Origin: Candidatus Marinacidobacterales bacterium
GTDB taxonomy: Bacteria > Acidobacteriota > Vicinamibacteria > Marinacidobacterales > SMYC01
Assembly: GCA_965224085.1 (NCBI GenBank)
Contig: CBDCYI010000005.1
Coordinates: 128,001-192,000 of the forward strand
DNA: 64,000 bases
Reading direction: 5' to 3'
Positions 60,304-64,000 of this stretch are shown here, piece after piece (within the stretch, counting starts at the first letter, position 1; each line of letters starts with the position of its first letter). Both the position numbers and the translations under genes were made by a program. The notes under the pieces are model-generated. The model saw only the letters and a program-made list of their open reading frames with translations, did no database searches and was not told the origin of the DNA.

Positions 60304-62115
60304 GTGACACGTCATCCGGAATGGCTGGTGCCCGGCGCTCTCTTAGTGATGACGGCTTGCGGAGGGGAAACGCCGTCCCTTCACGAGCCGGTTCGCCTGG
60401 CGGATCGAGTCTTCGACCAGGCGGCCCTCACTCCCGTGACCTTCCAGGATGAGACGCGCTTCAGCGTCGCCCCCAACGTTCCGTCCCAAATGCGTTTCGA
60501 GATCCGGGTCCCCATGCGAGGCGTTCTCGAGTTCGGTACGGGGGCTCGGGTTGCCGACGGAGCGGTGCTTCCCGCCCGCGTCGAGTTCCGGGTCGAGCTG
60601 CGTTCCGGAGACGAGCGAGAGATGGTTTTTTCACACACCATTAGGCGCTTCGAGCCCAACGCGTGGTTCGACCACGAAATCGATCTGACGCGGTGGGAAG
60701 GCTCCGTCGTCGATTTGAGCTTCGAAGTGTCGGCACTGGCACCGCGCGGGGACCGTGACGGCACACCCGCGAGTGTGGATGGGCTCACGCCCCTGTGGGC
60801 CAATCCCGTGATCTTCAGTCGCGAGGCCCCACGCGATCGCCCCGACGTGATCCTCGTCTCCATCGATTGCTTGCGCGTCGACCACGTGAGCACCTACGGC
60901 TATGCACGCGAGACCACGCCCTGGATCGATCGCTTCGCGAAGGACGGCGTGGTGTTCGAGACGGCAGTGGCTTCGGCTCCGGAGACGTTGCCTTCGCATA
61001 TGTCCATTTTAACTGGGTTGACACCTCCGCTCCATGGCGCGAGCAAGCGTTCGAGGCTTCCCGCGAGCGTTCCCTATCTTCCCGAGCTTCTCGCATCGAA
61101 CGGATACGAGGTGGACGCCATCGTCACGGGAGCGTTCTTGTCCCAGGCGTTCGGTTTCGAGCGAGGTTTCCACTCCTATCGATTCTTGGACGTGCCCCGC
61201 TCGGAGGCGGCGGTCGACGCAGCGCTACGCCTATTGCATCGCGGTCGCGGACGGAGCCAGTTCTTGTGGTTGCATCTGTTCGAGGCTCATTGGCCCTATC
61301 TTCCTGAGCGCGATCTGATCGAAAAGTTTGGCCCGCGGCCGCGCGACATCACGGCGCTCATGAGCAAAGTTTCGAATCAGGATCTCGCGCCGGACGGACC
61401 GGATGAGATCCAGGCGGTCGTGAACCTCTACGATGCCGAGGTCTTCGCTACCGACCGAGCGGTGGGCCGCTTTCTTGAGAATCTGAAGTCGCGGGGTCTC
61501 TACGAATCCTCGCTTATCATCGTCGTGGCAGACCATGGCGAGGCCTTCTATGAGCACGGATTGTGGCAGCACACGCTGGCGCTCTACGAAGAGATGATTC
61601 GGATACCGCTCGTCGTCAAGTGGCCGGGAGACTCTCCCATCGGGAGAAGCGACGTCCGCGTCCATCAAGTCGACTTGTTCAGCACGATGCTCGACATCGC
61701 GGGCATCAGCCCCCCGCCGAACGAAGGCCGGAACCTGAGGAGCTTTGTGGACGCCTCGAAAACCGAGCCCCGAGTGCTGTGGAGCGAGGCCGGATGGGCC
61801 TCCGCGGGACGTTTCTTCCGCATCCTCTCGTCCCGGGACGACAAGTTTAAGTATATCGTCAGCATGGAGGACGACGAGGAGCGCGGTTGGCCCCCAACGC
61901 GGCTGAGCCGCGAGGAAGTTTATCGGTGGGTCGCGGACCCTGGCGAACGCGAAGAGCTGTCGGAGGGAAACGGTGCCCAGCCCGATGTTTTCCGAGGCCA
62001 CCTGCGAGCGTACTTGAAAGAAACCGCAGCACGCCGCGCACAGACTCCCAAGATGACCATCGAGCTCGACGAGACGACGCTCGAGCAGCTCAGGGCTTTG
62101 GGTTACCTCAAGTAG
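60304..62115 (+). CDS. Sulfatase-like lipoprotein
   Basis: Lipobox MTAC; SIDCLRVDH, TLPSHMSILTG, EAHWPY, ADHGE; ends QLRALGYLK. Confidence 0.9.
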   Translation: MTRHPEWLVPGALLVMTACGGETPSLHEPVRLADRVFDQAALTPVTFQDETRFSVAPNVPSQMRFEIRVPMRGVLEFGTGARVADGAVLPARVEFRVELRSGDEREMVFSHTIRRFEPNAWFDHEIDLTRWEGSVVDLSFEVSALAPRGDRDGTPASVDGLTPLWANPVIFSREAPRDRPDVILVSIDCLRVDHVSTYGYARETTPWIDRFAKDGVVFETAVASAPETLPSHMSILTGLTPPLHGASKRSRLPASVPYLPELLASNGYEVDAIVTGAFLSQAFGFERGFHSYRFLDVPRSEAAVDAALRLLHRGRGRSQFLWLHLFEAHWPYLPERDLIEKFGPRPRDITALMSKVSNQDLAPDGPDEIQAVVNLYDAEVFATDRAVGRFLENLKSRGLYESSLIIVVADHGEAFYEHGLWQHTLALYEEMIRIPLVVKWPGDSPIGRSDVRVHQVDLFSTMLDIAGISPPPNEGRNLRSFVDASKTEPRVLWSEAGWASAGRFFRILSSRDDKFKYIVSMEDDEERGWPPTRLSREEVYRWVADPGEREELSEGNGAQPDVFRGHLRAYLKETAARRAQTPKMTIELDETTLEQLRALGYLK

Positions 62116-62482
62116 GGCCGGGCTCGAAGCGAACCCACGCTTGTGGAAGCCGCTGACACCGTTGCAGATTCGCAAGAGCCAGCCAACGACGGATAAAGCC
62201 ACTTGCACAAGGCAACCGTTCATCAGGATGCGTACCGTATCCCTCATCTGGTTCCGGCGGGTCCTATGCGCCGTGATCGAGTATGACTTGGCTCCTCGCT
62301 TCGAGGCGTATGGCCAGTGAAAAATGACGCACGCGGCACGTGAGCCCCCAAGCGAAGCTCAGACCAAATCGCCCACCGAGCGCCATGTACCTCGTCTGCG
62401 GCGGGCATGAGATCAGACCGCCAAGGGGCCGCGGCGGCACGGGTTCTTGGCCGACCAGGGAAAAAGCGATGTACGATGGCGC

Positions 62483-64000
62483 ATGAGATCACTCACACGA
62501 CAGACGGCTCTCCGGCCGCTCTCGCGCTGCCGATGGGCACCGTTTCTGATCGTTACTTCGACGCTGGCTGCGGGAGCGTGCAGCTCTCCAGCAACGAACG
62601 CGCCGGACCCGGTCTTTTCCTTTGTCCGTCGTATCGCGGATGCAGAGGGCGCCTATGACGAGCTGCAGTTTCGGTCGGTTCGCAAGGACGGCCAGCTCAC
62701 CTCTCCGGTGACCATCGAGGGGGAAACACGTTTTTCGTTGACACCCCCTGTGCCTTCGAAGCTCAGTTATCGGGTGGAGATACCCACTGACCCGGTGCTC
62801 GCTCTTTCGGTCGCGGTGTCTCCCATCGGGTCGGATTTCTTCCACGCGGCGATCGAGTTCAACGTCTTCGTGGATACGGGTGAGGGCGACGAGTTGGCGT
62901 TCAGTGAAGTGATATTGCCGGACCAGCCGAACCAGTGGATGAGGAGTCGCGTCGAGCTGGATCGTTTTGCCGGCAAGAGCGCACGGGTTACCTTCGATAC
63001 CAAGCTGTCGGCAAAATATCGTTCTCGCCCGCCCTCATCACGTCAGCAAGCGGTGCTTGCGAGTTGGGGCGATCCCGTCCTCAGAAGTGAGACGACGGAG
63101 CCGGATGGTAGCAACTTGATTCTCGTCTCCATCGATTGCCTTCGAGCGGATCATCTGAGCGCCTATGGCTACGAGCATGCGACCACCCCCAACCTCGACG
63201 CGGTAGCAGATGAGGGCGTTCTCTACGAGAACGCCTATGCCAGCGCTTCGTGGACCCTGCCGGCGCACATGTCGATGCTGACCGGGCTTCTTCCTTCCTT
63301 TCATGGCGCTACAAAGTGGGAGAAGCTCTCGACCTCCGTCCCTTACCTGCCTGAGCTTCTGGCAGGGCAGGGCTATCGCACGGCCGGGATCGTTTCCTGG
63401 GTCTATCTGTCCCAGGTCTACGGCTTCGAGCGAGGCTTCGATTCCTATCGTGTGCTGGACGCGCCCAGGGCCAGTGACATCGTCGACGCCGCTATCGAAG
63501 AGCTGGGTCGCGGGAAGGGACAAAATCTGTTTCTGTTCCTTCACCTCTACGATCCCCACTGGCCTTACATGCCTCCTCGAGAGTTCCACGGTCGCTTCGG
63601 GCCGCGGCCGGGGGACATCTCGGAGCTCATGGATTTCATGGCCGAAGCAAAGACGCCAGACACGGAGGCCAAATCGGAAGAGATCATCCGCCTCTACGAC
63701 GGCGAGATTGCCTTCGCCGACCGGGAGCTCGGTCGTTTCTTTCGGGCGTTGAGACAACGCGGAGTTTACGATGACGCACTCCTCATCCTGACTTCGGATC
63801 ACGGTGAGGCCTTCTATGAGCACGGCCATTGGCAGCACACCCAGACACTTTACGACGAGGTCACGCGCACTCCACTCATCGTCAAATGGCCGGGGGGGAA
63901 GGTGCGCGGCCGCGACCGGAGGCTGGCCAGCCAGGTGGATATCTTCGCCACGCTTGCGAAGGTAGCCGGGATCGAGACCTCCGAAACGGAGAAGACTTAT
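62483..64000 (+). CDS. Second sulfatase-like lipoprotein (runs off the window)
   Basis: ORF from ATG 62483, absent from the supplied track; lipobox AGAC; SIDCLRADH, WTLPAHMSMLTG, DPHWPY, SDHGE. Confidence 0.88.
   Translation, partial: MRSLTRQTALRPLSRCRWAPFLIVTSTLAAGACSSPATNAPDPVFSFVRRIADAEGAYDELQFRSVRKDGQLTSPVTIEGETRFSLTPPVPSKLSYRVEIPTDPVLALSVAVSPIGSDFFHAAIEFNVFVDTGEGDELAFSEVILPDQPNQWMRSRVELDRFAGKSARVTFDTKLSAKYRSRPPSSRQQAVLASWGDPVLRSETTEPDGSNLILVSIDCLRADHLSAYGYEHATTPNLDAVADEGVLYENAYASASWTLPAHMSMLTGLLPSFHGATKWEKLSTSVPYLPELLAGQGYRTAGIVSWVYLSQVYGFERGFDSYRVLDAPRASDIVDAAIEELGRGKGQNLFLFLHLYDPHWPYMPPREFHGRFGPRPGDISELMDFMAEAKTPDTEAKSEEIIRLYDGEIAFADRELGRFFRALRQRGVYDDALLILTSDHGEAFYEHGHWQHTQTLYDEVTRTPLIVKWPGGKVRGRDRRLASQVDIFATLAKVAGIETSETEKTY

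Noticed and set aside
62170-62186. Sigma54-like TGGC...TTGC on the minus strand
   Set aside because: Spacing is one base short and there is no downstream gene in that orientation

Overview
GC-rich bacterial window, probably Acidobacteriota-like (inferred from gene content). It has no rRNA, tRNA or CRISPR array that I can support. Left to right: (1) a PAPS/sulfation locus with sat-cysC, cysQ, a sulfotransferase, two alkaline-phosphatase-superfamily paralogs predicted on opposite sides of the membrane, a small ribbon-helix-helix protein with an 'LxxLGY' tail and a possible EMC3/TMCO1-like membrane protein; (2) a sigma54/c-di-GMP module with a GGDEF-GAF-AAA+ activator, a sensor diguanylate cyclase (frameshifted), a REC-GGDEF-EAL gene interrupted by a 189-bp MITE, and DUF4388-PilZ; (3) an accessory stretch with an IS transposase, an AbiEii-type gene pair, a DnaA-box cluster and many gene remnants that keep both ends but have lost the middle; (4) a nine-gene operon behind a sigma54-type promoter, combining a MotA/TolQ/ExbB channel, two vWA proteins with ExbD-like Asp-bearing anchors, a Ser/Thr kinase, FHA proteins and a PEGA-SUMF1 protein, which is the best candidate for an undescribed system; (5) a PHM-like copper monooxygenase plus PAL-like lyase operon, divergent from hupE/ureJ and tauD-like genes; (6) an M42 peptidase, a second MITE and two sulfatase-like lipoproteins. 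All family calls come from motif recognition by eye; no searches were run.
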